A DNA stretch of 64,000 nt, taken from assembly GCA_002633005.1 (NCBI GenBank), contig NMRA01000014.1:459898-523897 (forward strand). The letters run 5' to 3'. The position numbers and the translations under genes were made by a program. Numbering within the stretch: position 1 is the first letter of the stretch; each line of letters begins with the position of its first letter. Below, in pieces: positions 52,367 to 64,000 of the stretch. Origin of the DNA: Phoronis australis (Eukaryota > Animalia > Phoronida). The notes beneath the pieces are model-generated. The model was not told the origin of the DNA. It was given only the letters and a program-made list of their open reading frames with translations, and searched no databases.

Positions 52367-52586
52367 TCGGGTTCAGGATTCCGATTAATTGGAAAGACTA
52401 ATGAAGGGATGTACCTATGTCCGCTAACGATACACGACAGAAACATAATTTATAACAACGGGGACCTACTTATTACCGGGAACCGGGCACACGAAGCAGG
52501 TCAATCCGGCGAAAAAATGGACATTTATACACTACAGAAGGGAGAAATAAGACTGAATCTTAATAAAGGAGCCAAGGTCAGGAATG
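52367..52586 (+). CDS. Sema module 2, exon D'
   Basis: tttcag|...g|gtaata. SGSGFRLIGKTNEGMYLCPLTIHDRNIIYNNGDLLITGNRAHEAGQSGEKMDIYTLQKGEIRLNLNKGAKVRN. Phase 0 to 1. Confidence 0.8.
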
Positions 52587-53621
52587 GTAATAAAACCGAT
52601 TTCACACAGGCTTGCTAATTCGATTTCCCAATCGAAATATTAACCCGTCTTTAGAACAGTTGATAAGAAGCAGTATATTTTGGTGCACCTTTTATTCCAA
52701 TAACATTCTGTCTTGGAGTTTAGGTAAGTAGGCCTAAGTAATCTTTATGGGATTACTCGCAGTGTTGCATCAAAAGTGATATTTCATACCATTTTTTGTC
52801 GTTCTTATATCCCCATGTGGTATTTTTACGGTATTTGAAGAAAGCAAGTATCGCAAGCACAGATTTCGAAAACGTTGACATAGAAATCGATCTTGAGGCT
52901 TTGGTTATTTCGGTTCCCTCGGTACCAGTTTGAAAGGTTTCGATTTAATCTTTGGTCGTGTGTATGGAATCGGTAGAATCTGTTTTTGAAGAATAGTTCA
53001 GCATCGAGCCTTCCAAATGTCATCAGCGGCAACTTGTGTAAGAAAACAATGTGGTCATGATAATTGTTCGAAAGTTTAGGTTAAGGGAGGTAGATAAACT
53101 CTTTGTTTTCCAAGTTCCTTTTTAAAATGTGTAAACTTTAATATAGGCCATGTTAAATATGACCCACAATTTAAGAAAAAGCAAAGGCTAATTTGTTGAA
53201 TAAAACATATTTTAAATTTTCCCAAGAAGCTATTTTTTCGTGATTACTGTTTCAATAGTTGTCTCCAATACACAATTATGACCAAGACCATATAAAGTTT
53301 GGTGTACTTTGTTTTTGTGATTTGACAAATACACATAATTCAGTCAAAATTCTAACTTCATATCAAAATAAATTAATTTATAATCAACTTAAATTAAATC
53401 CTTGGCAAGATTTGAAGTTCATTTGTATTAGATTTCAAATTTTATGTGTCGTTAACATTGATCAGAGTAACAAGTCTATAATTTTCTGTTATAATTCTGC
53501 CCGTTGATATGGTATCAATACAAATTAATACGTTTCTTACACAAGTTATTTCAGCATCATCATGTGTTTGTTAACAAGTTCTTGTTGAAGACTTTGTAGT
53601 AGATTAAATCTGTCCCTACAG

Positions 53622-53761
53622 GAGTAGAGCCTCACTTCGTGACCATTTTCATCGAGGGCCAACACGCTTTATTTCCCTTTGTCGAGCTCGCAGAAGAGGC
53701 CGGCAATTGTGGTAAATACGAGCACACGACCAGACTGGGTTGCTGCAACAGGACGTTCAAG
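53622..53761 (+). CDS. Sema module 2, exon E' (3' boundary uncertain)
   Basis: ctacag|; VEPHFVTIFIEGQHALFPFVELAEEAGNCGK. There is no GT at the homologous position. The first phase-0 donor is AAG|GTGCAG after YEHTTRLGCCNRTFK. Confidence 0.75.
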
Positions 53762-54520
53762 GTGCAGTAGTCAAGGAAAACTGAAAATCAAAACCCACAT
53801 CGCTCAGTTTATGACTCTCTGGAACGGTTTAAGTATTCCATTGCTATTGCTCAAAGAAAACATATTTAGGTCATTTTTAATAGGGTCAATACATTACTCC
53901 TAATATAACATGTTTACGAACAAGAAATGCTGCCCAAACAATAAAAAAACTCGAGACTGTATTGAAAACAATACCATAAAGCAATGAACTTAAAGACCAC
54001 TAATAGCGAATTACATTCTCGATGGTTTTATTCTGATAAAATATGTTTTTTCTCTTAAACAATTCCAAGAATAGGGTTGTTTGAAGATACATGTAGGTAA
54101 TGAGGAAGGTATTATTGATGAAGGTGGGCAATCCAACGAAACTTGCTGCTTGGACAAGAATGACATGGCAAGAATTACACTTTTTATGAACATTTACAGT
54201 GCACAAGCATAATGGATTGTGGTGTTCAAACGTCATGTATTGGCAATAGTAAACAAGAATCTGTGATGTTTAGAGGCGCGACCAGTCGGGAAATACCTGA
54301 AACTTCCATACTGTGAATTTCGGCGCACTATATGAGACTTTGTGGACTATGCATTATTTTGCCATGTAATGAATCAACATGTCATTGTTGTTTTCTTCTG
54401 GTAATCTGCGGGGGTTCTGGTTAATATGTTTATATCTGAAAAATAGACTAATTCAAATATGGTTTTTGACTACTACAACCCAATGTTTTAAGAAATTGAT
54501 GACGTTTATGTAAACTTTGA

Positions 54521-55010
54521 CAGTGGCGGATCTGGGATATACAGTCGCAAGGTGCGCGATTGTAGAGGCGAGTAGTGCCAAATGGGTGAGGTCGGGAGGG
54601 GCTTTTCCCCTTCCGTCCAGGGGAAAATTTTGGTTTGACCTCTGAAAACAAGCATTTTCATTGCTTTCTGAAGTATAATCAGCTCCCGACGGCTCTACTT
54701 TGGCCAGGTCGTTATTTGCGAGTAGCGCGGCAAAATGTTACGAACCCATATCACATTCTAGAATCCAACGTCACTGCACGGCAAATGATCAACTTGCCCT
54801 TGATTATAGACTTTCAAGTTTCACCTGCTTGAGGTTTGAAATAATTTATCATCATAGTGGAGCAGATGAAGGAAATGGAGTGGTAGTGCGCAGCGCCACT
54901 GCTGGCCACCTGAGATATCACGCGCATTTCGATCGGGAGCGGCATTAGTTAATCATAGTCATTGCTACAATTGCGCAGGTTGTGTGATGTCAAATCGTGT
55001 TTCGGCCGTA
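54521..55010. mobile_element. Partial diverged copy of the hAT5-like element
   Basis: Starts CAGTGGCGGATCTGGGATAT and shares AAGCATTTTC and GTAGTGCGCAGCGCCACTG blocks with 62363-63319. Confidence 0.7.
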
Positions 55011-56577
55011 TGATGCAAATTAACGGGGTAAATTAATCATACTTCTTCACGCTTTTGCTTTTTTCTTTGAGGCCTCCAAGGGTGTGGAGGGCTTATCTTT
55101 TAGATAGGTAATCCGGAAGAGTGAGGAAAATAAACGTAATCCAAATTCCATTTATTGTAAACCAAGAACGTGTTTACATTATCTTTCACATCCAATTACT
55201 TAAAAGTTAGTGATTTGGCAAACTGGGTTTACAGCCTTCCAATATGACTACGAGAGAATGCGCCAGTACCTTCGCAATCAAGGATAGTTGTAGAACAGAT
55301 GCATTGCACAAATCACATATGACACTTCTCCGAACCAACGATTTACAGAAATTTGGCAAAATCACTGCAGCTACACTGCATGGGTGATATGAGTAAACAA
55401 CCGACAAAACCTAAGCAATAACAGCGCGTAACATCGTGCATAAAATACAGATAGCGATTAAATGAAAACTGTATTAAAAGGGAGTCAGAAACAAAATTGA
55501 TTTGAGATCCATGCTTGTCGTTATGTCAGCGCTGGGCAATGGTGGACGGTATGTTACGGCTAGCCGGAGGTTGGCATCAACGATTCGGTTTTCCACTCTT
55601 TTACATTGAATTAATCACACGATCATAAACAGTGAGTGAACTACTTGCCCCCATTAATCTGGTGGTTTGACAAGGGAACTAATTTTTCACCTTTGTTTAA
55701 ACAATCCGGCACAGAATCGTGTCGATGCGCCCAGACGCGAGCGAAATACCCAAAGGTATCATACCAATCCATCCTGCGAGTGTGAAAGTCCTTTACGTGG
55801 TCCTAGGATTCATTATGCTTCTTTTCAGCACCGGCTGGAACATTTTAATAGAGATTTCGTTCAATATTTCATTTGAATACACTTGTGTGTATACGGTCAG
55901 TTGAATAAGTTTAAGACTCCCTGCAGAATTAACCACTTAAAAGTGACTAATTCTGCAGGCGACCTTCAGCCTAGTCGTTATATCGAAAACTATAGCAGTA
56001 ACGACTTGCGCCCTCCATTCACTAGGTATGTTGTGGCCTATTTTGCAACCTTATGAAGTGGGATATATAAAAATACCCCGAAAGGCCAAACTCAAACCTC
56101 AAGTGCGTAACATGCTCAAGTCTAAAAAGCGACCTTTTTTCTCTAACCGTTGTTGATGCACAGGTACCCAAGTTTCTGGGTGCCTCGGGCTTAGCCCCCA
56201 AATAAACAGCAACGAAAGTACCCCAATAGCTAAGGGATTGCGAAGTTGGCGACGAGTAGGGTTATAGAAGTGCTGAAGGGCTAGCGATAGAGTGGAACTT
56301 CAACTTCAGACTACGGGTGCACAAGTTTGGAGAAGTCGTATTAGCTTACTACCCTTTCCACCTTCACATATCTCATGGGCATACTAAAGCGAAAGATGGT
56401 GCTGTGTGAAGAGAAAATGTTACCTAGTGGGCAATAACAAATTGTCACTTTTCTCCATTTAAATCTTAAATCACCAGTTTGATCGGAGATCAAAATCAAA
56501 ATCAGATGTCGTTTTTTGTGTCGGAACACTGGTCGCGACTGATTTAAGTTCTCATATAACGCGATTTTTTCCGTCAG

Positions 56578-56728
56578 TACGAACATCGACGGCACTTTCC
56601 TCGAATCGGTCACATCTGCTTGAATGACGACGGAGACTCCAAAATGTCCAAGCGTTTCACTTCGTACATCAAGGCACGGTTAAACTGTTCACTTCCTGGC
56701 GACATGCCGTTTTACTTCGACATTATAG
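56578..56728 (+). CDS. Sema module 2, exon F' (151 nt)
   Basis: cgtcag|...g|gtaggt. YEHRRHFPRIGHICLNDDGDSKMSKRFTSYIKARLNCSLPGDMPFYFDII. Confidence 0.95.
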
Positions 56729-57954
56729 GTAGGTAACTAGTCATAGGATAGGATACTTAACACGTTTATGGAACAACTCATACCGAAAGGTTATCTCAAA
56801 CCTTATTCAAAAAACGTGTTTAGCAAAATACCCTATCCTCATTCCCGGTGAAGTTCAAATACCAAATTTATACCGTGTAGCGAGAAAAAAATAAGCAGAA
56901 CCACCTTGGAACGGCACAACCGCGTGGAATTTGTTTACTACTGATCGGAAGTCAAAGGTTACATGGATGTCGCTCAATACGAATCTCCCGCCAGGTACAG
57001 AGCAGCTTCGTATATACCCTGAGTCCTTTCATTCACAGTCTCCATAATATTAAGTCAACTAGGCGTACATATGATAGATCGGTGCTCGGGAAAATAAAGT
57101 CAAAACGTAGTTTTGATCCTGAGGGAGTTGTTGGTCTACATGCATACGACCGTTGAGAACGAGTGCTCCGAGTCGCCTCACGCACTTGTGTCTGTCTGGT
57201 ATACATGTACGAACAACAAGTTGTGAAAAGAGATAAATTCTCACCCAAATTCCTTACTTCAGTTGGTAATTTGACATTTTCCGTTTCGATGTCATGATAA
57301 CGACGTGCTACAACTACCGACTCGATTACTGTTATCCATTTCTTACTTGGTTTCGTATCAGTCTCCCGTCGCGTGGTGCGTATAACAGTGAACTGTTGAC
57401 CTACGTTTAAGTAGGTGAACAGGTGTTCCCACCTTTTGGCTGGGGATTGTACGTTTGAGCGTTAGTTTAGTTCACACTGCGAGTGAATACTGAAATAGCC
57501 AACATGGTTAAGGCGTGTATGGGTTATATTGACCGAAAACAAGTTTTCATCGAATAACTAACTGAAGACCTTGAGATATTCACTCATCCCAGTTTAATCG
57601 GCTTTTTCTCGGCTTCGGCAAATCGACTTAATTTGAAATTAGGAACTAGGCGAATTTTCAAAAGCGGCTCGGTCGATTTCCCTGAAACTTTCCAAACAAA
57701 TATTTATTCATCAATCTCAAAAATGGCATGGAAATTTTTGACATAAGTGCCTATTTTTTGGCGTAATGTAACACAGACGAATACGACTCCTATTTTTTAT
57801 GAAAATACCTTATAATTTTGCGAATTGATTTGTCATAGAAATCAAAGGTTTTTGAGGTAAGTGGTGAAGTTTTCATTTCGAAAAGGTTTGATTAAAATCG
57901 ATCGAGAGGTTATGTGCTATGAACGTAGCTTTCTTAAAAATAAAGATTTTGACA

Positions 57955-57980
57955 TAATAATAGTAATAATAACAATGACC

Positions 57981-58017
<37 letters not shown>

Positions 58018-58032
58018 AAATGATAATGATAC
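57955..58032. repeat. (ATA/ATG)n microsatellite
   Basis: Imperfect trinucleotide tract. Confidence 0.9.
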
Positions 58033-58906
58033 ATAAAAATAAAACATATTGTTTATTGTCGGATCTTTTCTCTTTCACAGAATATATACTTTTACTAGTT
58101 GACAAAGCTCATGTTTTTGATAAACGAATTAGAATGGAGGCCACTAAATAAGGTTTGAGATAACCTTGAGATGCTTGCCAAGATTTGTCAACAGATAAAG
58201 TGGATAGAATCGTTCGCCATCGAATAGCAAACGCATGACGACCTTCAGGCGGAACTTGCTGGTCGTCTGCGTCAACTTCAGCATGCTTAAGGTGTACAGA
58301 CTTGCCAAAACTCTGTTAGATTGTGCCGAGCTTAGACAAACATTTCCAAAATTAGTTGACAATTTAACAGAAATTTTGACCCAACATTCACCGTGGGTTA
58401 TTAGTCGGACCAACGTGAAGTAATTTCGTATCGCCGCTTATTGTTTATTTGTGAATGGACTGTTGTCACCCGTGTAGAAATTTTGGCGAGAGTTGTTCTT
58501 GACATTGGTTTTAAACGAACACAGACGCAAGCGCGATTTTAAGCGCCGAGGCTTCGTAGAGTTTTGGTGATGACTAATTTCTTTTGAAAATTATAACACA
58601 CCTGCTGTAACTACACGTATTTAAATAATCACGAATTTTGTGATTTGTTCAGCAAATTTCCTGACAGAGAAAGTGAATTACCATGTACTAGACGTTGCAA
58701 GATGGACTGCTTTCGCCTAGAACTATTTAATAGATATTTTGACGAGTATTCGAGTTCCATGTCTCTTTAAGTGACAGACATTCAACATCTACTTTAAATA
58801 TGTCTACATTTGAAGAAATAGGAATGCTACAAGAATCGCTAAAACCATTTTACAACATGAAGAATGCTGCCTGCATATTTCTGTTGTTACCACAATGCTG
58901 TTTCAG

Positions 58907-58997
58907 AATCGGCAAGTGAATTAACATACGGGGTATATCGCGTCTCCTCAAAAGTGGTAAAAGTCAAAATCTTTTACGGAGTGTTTACAACACCCAG
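58907..58997 (+). CDS. Sema module 2, exon G' (91 nt)
   Basis: tttcag|...|gtacgt. ESASELTYGVYRVSSKVVKVKIFYGVFTTP. Confidence 0.9.
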
Positions 58998-59251
58998 GTA
59001 CGTATCCAACAGCTCGCTCGGCAAACGGTTTTCACTTAATAATAAAGCTGCAGAACATGTCAACATCAGGTGCAGGCGGAAATCTGTCGAGGTACTAGTA
59101 GTGCAAAAACTTCGCTTACGGATCCGAAGGAAACATTGAATTTACCGGAACATTCAAAATCGCACCTTCGCCGATCATTCACATCAATTTGCCATTGTTT
59201 TACGAAAGTAAGATCCCATATCTCGCGTAACATTCGCCTTTCATTGACGCT

Positions 59252-61252
59252 AAATCACAATCAAGGCCCATATTCGAGAGTGGACAGTGTTACGGTCTAA
59301 AGTAAAAATTTTTGGTCACTTACCAAATGTCAACTGAATATCATATGGAAAGAGTTATTTGGTTGTGCAAATTAAAAAAGAATCATCAAAATCGTACAAT
59401 GTTTGAGAACTTTATGCATGTCTTTGTCTCTGAATTTCATGCATGTTTAGCGTTAGGAGTGGCCATTTCAAAAATTACAATTTTCACCTGTCAACAGTAG
59501 GAAAGAAATTTGATTTATCAAATAAGCAATTGCTTTGATATGGCTTGGAATAACTTGAGTTACTTTCAGTATCACCTAGATGAAGTTGTGCTTAATCATT
59601 GGGAAATGGCGAGGGTTCGTCATGAAAGAAGCACTCCTTACGAAATTTGTGAATTCTGCATTTCTAACCTTCACCTACTGTAACGAAGGTTAAAAACTAA
59701 AGTTCACACTCTGTAATATAAAGAACTGTAGAATATGTTAGCCTAGGCACCACAGTCAAATATTCAATATCTTAACAAACCAAAAGTTTGGATATTGACG
59801 GGGTTCTGCTATGGTGAAAATGGACCAAAAAGGCTAACAAAATGTAGCGTGCGTACCCCAACGTGGAATTCAATAACACAAATGGTCATTGGAAATGAAA
59901 TTATTGCCTTTTAAATAACAACATGGTGCTTGTTATCACAAAAGAAAAATAAATAGCCGTACAACATTATGTTACCATGTGATGCAGAAATAGTGATGTA
60001 GTGTACGTACCCCTTTTTGTAGTGTACGTACCCCCTTGTTTACCAATGCCGTGAAATTAAAATGGCACTTGGTAAGTGAGCAACATTGGTCATCAACAGT
60101 TTCCCTCCTTAAAATGTTAGGTTAAAAGGGCATTTATTGCAAATGCATTTGTTTTGAGCGAAATATTAGTATTTGTGTAGTGTACGTACCCCATATTTTA
60201 ATTTGTGCCTATTTTCAAAGTATGGCAAGTATGCGCATGAATGTTGTACTTTTTATTTTTCTCTTTGAATTGATGCAGTATATCAACTAATTCTCAGTAG
60301 ATTCTTAGTATTTAGTTACGAACCTGACATGTCATTGAAATGTAGTGTACGTACACCTGTGTAGTGTACGTACCCCGATGTGAACAAATACCATGAAACA
60401 AAAATATTACATAGTAATTATGCGACATTTGTCACAGACAGTTCCCTCTATTAAAATGCTAGGTTAAAAGGGTGTTAATTACAAATGCATTTGTTTTGAG
60501 TTAAATATTGGCATTTGTGTAGTGCACGTACCCCTATATTTTAACATGTGCCAGTTTTCAAAGAATGACAGACAGATATACACATGTATGCTGCACTTTT
60601 TGTTTGTTCCCTTTGAATAGATTTGGTAAGTGAACTAACTCGCAGTAGATTCTAAGTATTTTTATAAACCTGACAAGTCATTGGAATGTAGTGTACGTAC
60701 CCCCCCAACCAGTACCATTTTTTCTGTTTACAAGTTAAACACTGGGTATAACATTGCTTTAACTATTTTGACCAACTGGTGAATGTGTTGAAAACTAGGC
60801 AAATAACACCAATAAAGTTTTTGAAAATAGTAGTTACCTGTAATTTTCTTTTTGTAAAAATCATATTGCAAGAGAAGAAGTTCTCATTACACTGTGTTAA
60901 TACATGTAATGTATTCTCATCTAGAACAACTTGATTAGCACCGTAATAACTTTTCTTACTTTAGTATGTGATACTTCTTCAATTTGATCAAGAACTTACT
61001 AAATTAAAAGCTACCTTATGAATTTTTGCATGATAGAAGTGGGATATGACCACAAGTTGTTGTGTACGTACCCTTTTATGCAACTACGATGCATTAGGCC
61101 ATAACATTTTATTCGGTGGTTCTTGTGCAAAAATATTTTAGATTACAAACCTGAAATGATGGTACTTCAAAATAACCCAGCTTTTACAGTTATATGACAA
61201 ACTTCATTTCTCACCAAAAGTGGCCACGTGATATGGACCTTGATTGTGATTT
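59252..61252. mobile_element. Unclassified 2-kb TIR element with internal tandem duplication
   Basis: TIR AAATCACAATCAAGG(C/T)CCATAT at both ends. Internal ~342-bp duplication (~59998-60710) and 7+ copies of GTAGTGTACGTACCCC. Confidence 0.7.
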
Positions 61253-61613
61253 TCACGTGACAAGAATGTGTTCCAATCAAAAGGTACGTGTATCTTGCGT
61301 GTTGCCAAACTACAAATAAACTAGCTTTACTGAGAGCAACACTAGCTGCAGGACATTACCTTTAATTAGCTTAAATGCGGGGTTGTGTGAGTTCGAGAGA
61401 AGACTGTTGTTTTAAGAACCGGAACCTAATGTAATTTTACACTTATGAGTCTGTCTAAGTAATTCTACATACTAAAGCCACAGCCAGAAGGCTTCAAGCA
61501 GTATCGGTTTCGTATTCTGGGTATTCACGTGGAAGAAAGTTACTTTTTCAACATCGACCGCTCACTCACGACCAGCAGCCTGCTGCATGAAACAGTCCCT
61601 AATAAAGACTTGA

Positions 61614-64000
61614 AGGAGAATGCCACCCAAACAAGAACCTTTTTTCTATGAATTTAGATCGAGTAGTTCTACTCGATAACGACACGTTCGGTGGCGTTAC
61701 CTGACACCTGACGGCAGACGGAGGTGTTGAAATTATCCAATGACGTAATTGGTTTCACACGCAGTCTGTTCAGCAGTTCACAACACGGGTTGGTGGTGTC
61801 AGCTTATCGCTTGAATTCATCGTTTAATACCAATGAATCATCAAACTTCGATGTAAAACCCTTGAAAATACACCGAGTTCTTAAAAAACGTGTTGTTATA
61901 TTTCGCTGTTAAGGATTTACCGGTATTTGGACGTACCGTAGCCTACAAAGTTCGGCAGGCCAATTTACCAAGGTCCGTCGTAGGAGTTTGGGGTCTGTTC
62001 GGAGATAAATCCGAAGTATTCTTCCGTGAAATACAGACCTGATCACCAGGCCCGGGGTTGCGGCCGGACTGACTCGTTATCCCAGCCAATGACTAGGAAA
62101 CCGATCAGGCGCGGCCGCCGGGACTGGCACGAACATAAATCAGGTTGAGTTGGAAACTAAAACTCCAGTCACGAAAAGCCTATAATAATGAGCTAAAGAA
62201 ATAATGTGCACGTAATTATTTATGTGAATTAGCCACAAAACTGGAAATCTAGTATTTACTTGTCGGGGGCGGCGAAGTCGGGTTCCCGTTCCACAGACCG
62301 TCAGAGCAAAGGTTGTACAGTAACAATGCCTTGAATAATGTATTTGTATTTCTAAATAAAGACAGTGGCGGATCTAGGATATCACAAGGGGGGCAACATT
62401 TTGTCTGTAAACAATTGCACAAAGGACAATTGTAGATGCGCATAGCACCAAATGGTGGGAGGACCAGGAATTTTTTCTCTTTTTCCACTAAAAATCAAGC
62501 ATTTTCCTTGATTCCTGAAGTATTATCCAAGAAAAAAGACAAAAAAGGAGAACGTGTCAAACAGGAAAAACTGCATCTACTACAGACTCGAACTCACGAC
62601 CTGGCGGATAGAGCGCGCGTGCTTTAGCACTGCACCACCACGATTTTACACCCATTAAGAGGCCTACTTGTTTATGGCCCACAGCGTTTGCGCGCCAAAC
62701 CTACTTCATTTTGTAATGCTTATTGCACGTTGTATATTTTTTTGCAATCCGTTCGTATCAAATTTGTGTGTTTAAATTTGTCTTCAATTGCCCGAAAGAC
62801 CAAATCCGTTTTTTGTGTCGGCATTAATGACGCGATTGCTTTGGAAAGTTAAACTTTGACAAAGAGAGAATTACGATTTATTTTCTCAGTGATTCACGAA
62901 GGCTTCGATTAAAATTCACATCTTACCAGCAGCTTCTGTTTTTTTTCACGTCACTCAGATTCCACTTTCTTTGCAAAATGAAGAAACTTTCTTCATTGCA
63001 AGTGAAGCAGACGACGGAAACGGAGTCGTAGTGCGGAGCGCCACTGCCGGTCGCCTGGGATATCGCGGGAGAACCTACACTTAGCCATAGTTCGTTAAGA
63101 ATTGCGCCGTGTTCCGAATTTGACACATGAAATTGGATCTGAGCCCCCTCCCAAAAAACACTGAAACTGCACACATTTATATCTTGTTTCAGTCGTATAA
63201 TTTTAATTACCAGGGTTAATTAATAAACTCAACATTCCCCTACACTCTTGCTGTTTTATTTTTTTGCGGCAGCCAAGGGGGGAGGGCAGGCCCCCTGGGC
63301 CCCCCTGAATCCGCTTATGAAAGAACATGTGACCAGAGCATATAAAATCGAGTTATTGTTTTACAACAACTTTCTGTCATCAAACACTGAATAAAGCTTG
63401 CGCTCACACGGCCTCGGATTCCGGTCACTGTTGCCAGCATCGAAAGCCGGTAACGCTACGGTATATTCATTGCTGTTTTCTCAAAACATTTTCACTAACG
63501 AGCACTTACAAAGTGTATCTAATGAGACAGACTTTGTTTCAGTTTCACATATTAAGCAATGGTTAGGATGAGAATAATTCATTTTGAAACAGAACGCAGA
63601 ATAATAAACGTCTACATGGCAACTCGCCCGGCGCCACTCCCCACTCATCCGACTTCACGGATCGGATCGTTAGGTTTCACAGGCTATTATTTCGAACCGG
63701 AATACACTGATCAAGAAATATTAGAGAGGCGCCGTGAACATGCACAGGCAACGGAACGTATGGATAGTTCTTTGGTAAGCCGGAATTCGTCAGAGAAATC
63801 ACTGTCAACGAAATGCCGGCCACAGACGCGGAGATGTTTCACTGCCTCATACTTGCTATTAACAGCATACCTTTCATTATTCACTACCACGACCCACTTC
63901 CTAAGCAATTCGGGCTCTAGAAGAAGTCGAAAAACGATATACCCGCTTTCTTCACAGCTTCATAGTTTGGACAAGCGCAATATAGCGGCATTCACTCTGC
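61614..64000 (-). mobile_element. Longer Kolobok-type element copy with THAP domain, runs off the window
   Basis: ttga-AGGAGAATGCCACCC start, collinear with 534-1060. The minus-strand ORF 63711-63908 LRKWVVVVNNERY...HLRVCGRHFVDSDF is the THAP W...CxxHF signature. Confidence 0.82.
62363..63319. mobile_element. hAT5-like element nested in the Kolobok-type copy
   Basis: CAGTGGCGGATCT...GAATCCGCTTATG, 5-bp TSD AAAGA on both sides. Reverse-complement homolog of 2434-3406. Confidence 0.85.

Noticed and set aside
55920-55959. 40-bp hairpin CCTGCAGAATTA...TAATTCTGCAGG
   Set aside because: Probably a tiny MITE remnant; nothing supports a terminator or ncRNA.
59998-60710. GTAGTGTACGTACCCC repeats as a CRISPR array
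   Set aside because: Eukaryotic context, irregular spacing, spacers duplicated, no cas genes.

Overview
AT-rich, intron-rich animal genomic DNA, most likely a marine invertebrate, with two assembly gaps. It is not prokaryotic, and most ORFs in the supplied track are spurious or TE debris. The host content is a + strand semaphorin-like locus reconstructed by hand from GT-AG exons. It has a complete Sema+PSI module (10 exons, 4043-34780), one TSP1 exon (40087-40257) and a Thr-rich stalk exon (~44053-44316). A second, diverged Sema module with the same exon pattern follows (44907-58997, incomplete at the window edge). Splice phases allow the whole set to be one polypeptide (Sema-PSI-TSP1-mucin-Sema), the most unusual observation here. 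The introns hold a full-length Gmr1-type Ty3/gypsy element (integrase before RT, CCATG TSD, tRNA-Pro PBS), a solo LTR, and an inverted Penelope pair with two variant hammerhead ribozyme motifs. They also hold a decayed Sola3 transposon, THAP-bearing Kolobok-type elements, CA...TG elements with 5-bp TSDs (one carrying a tRNA-like cassette), several LINE relics and MITEs.
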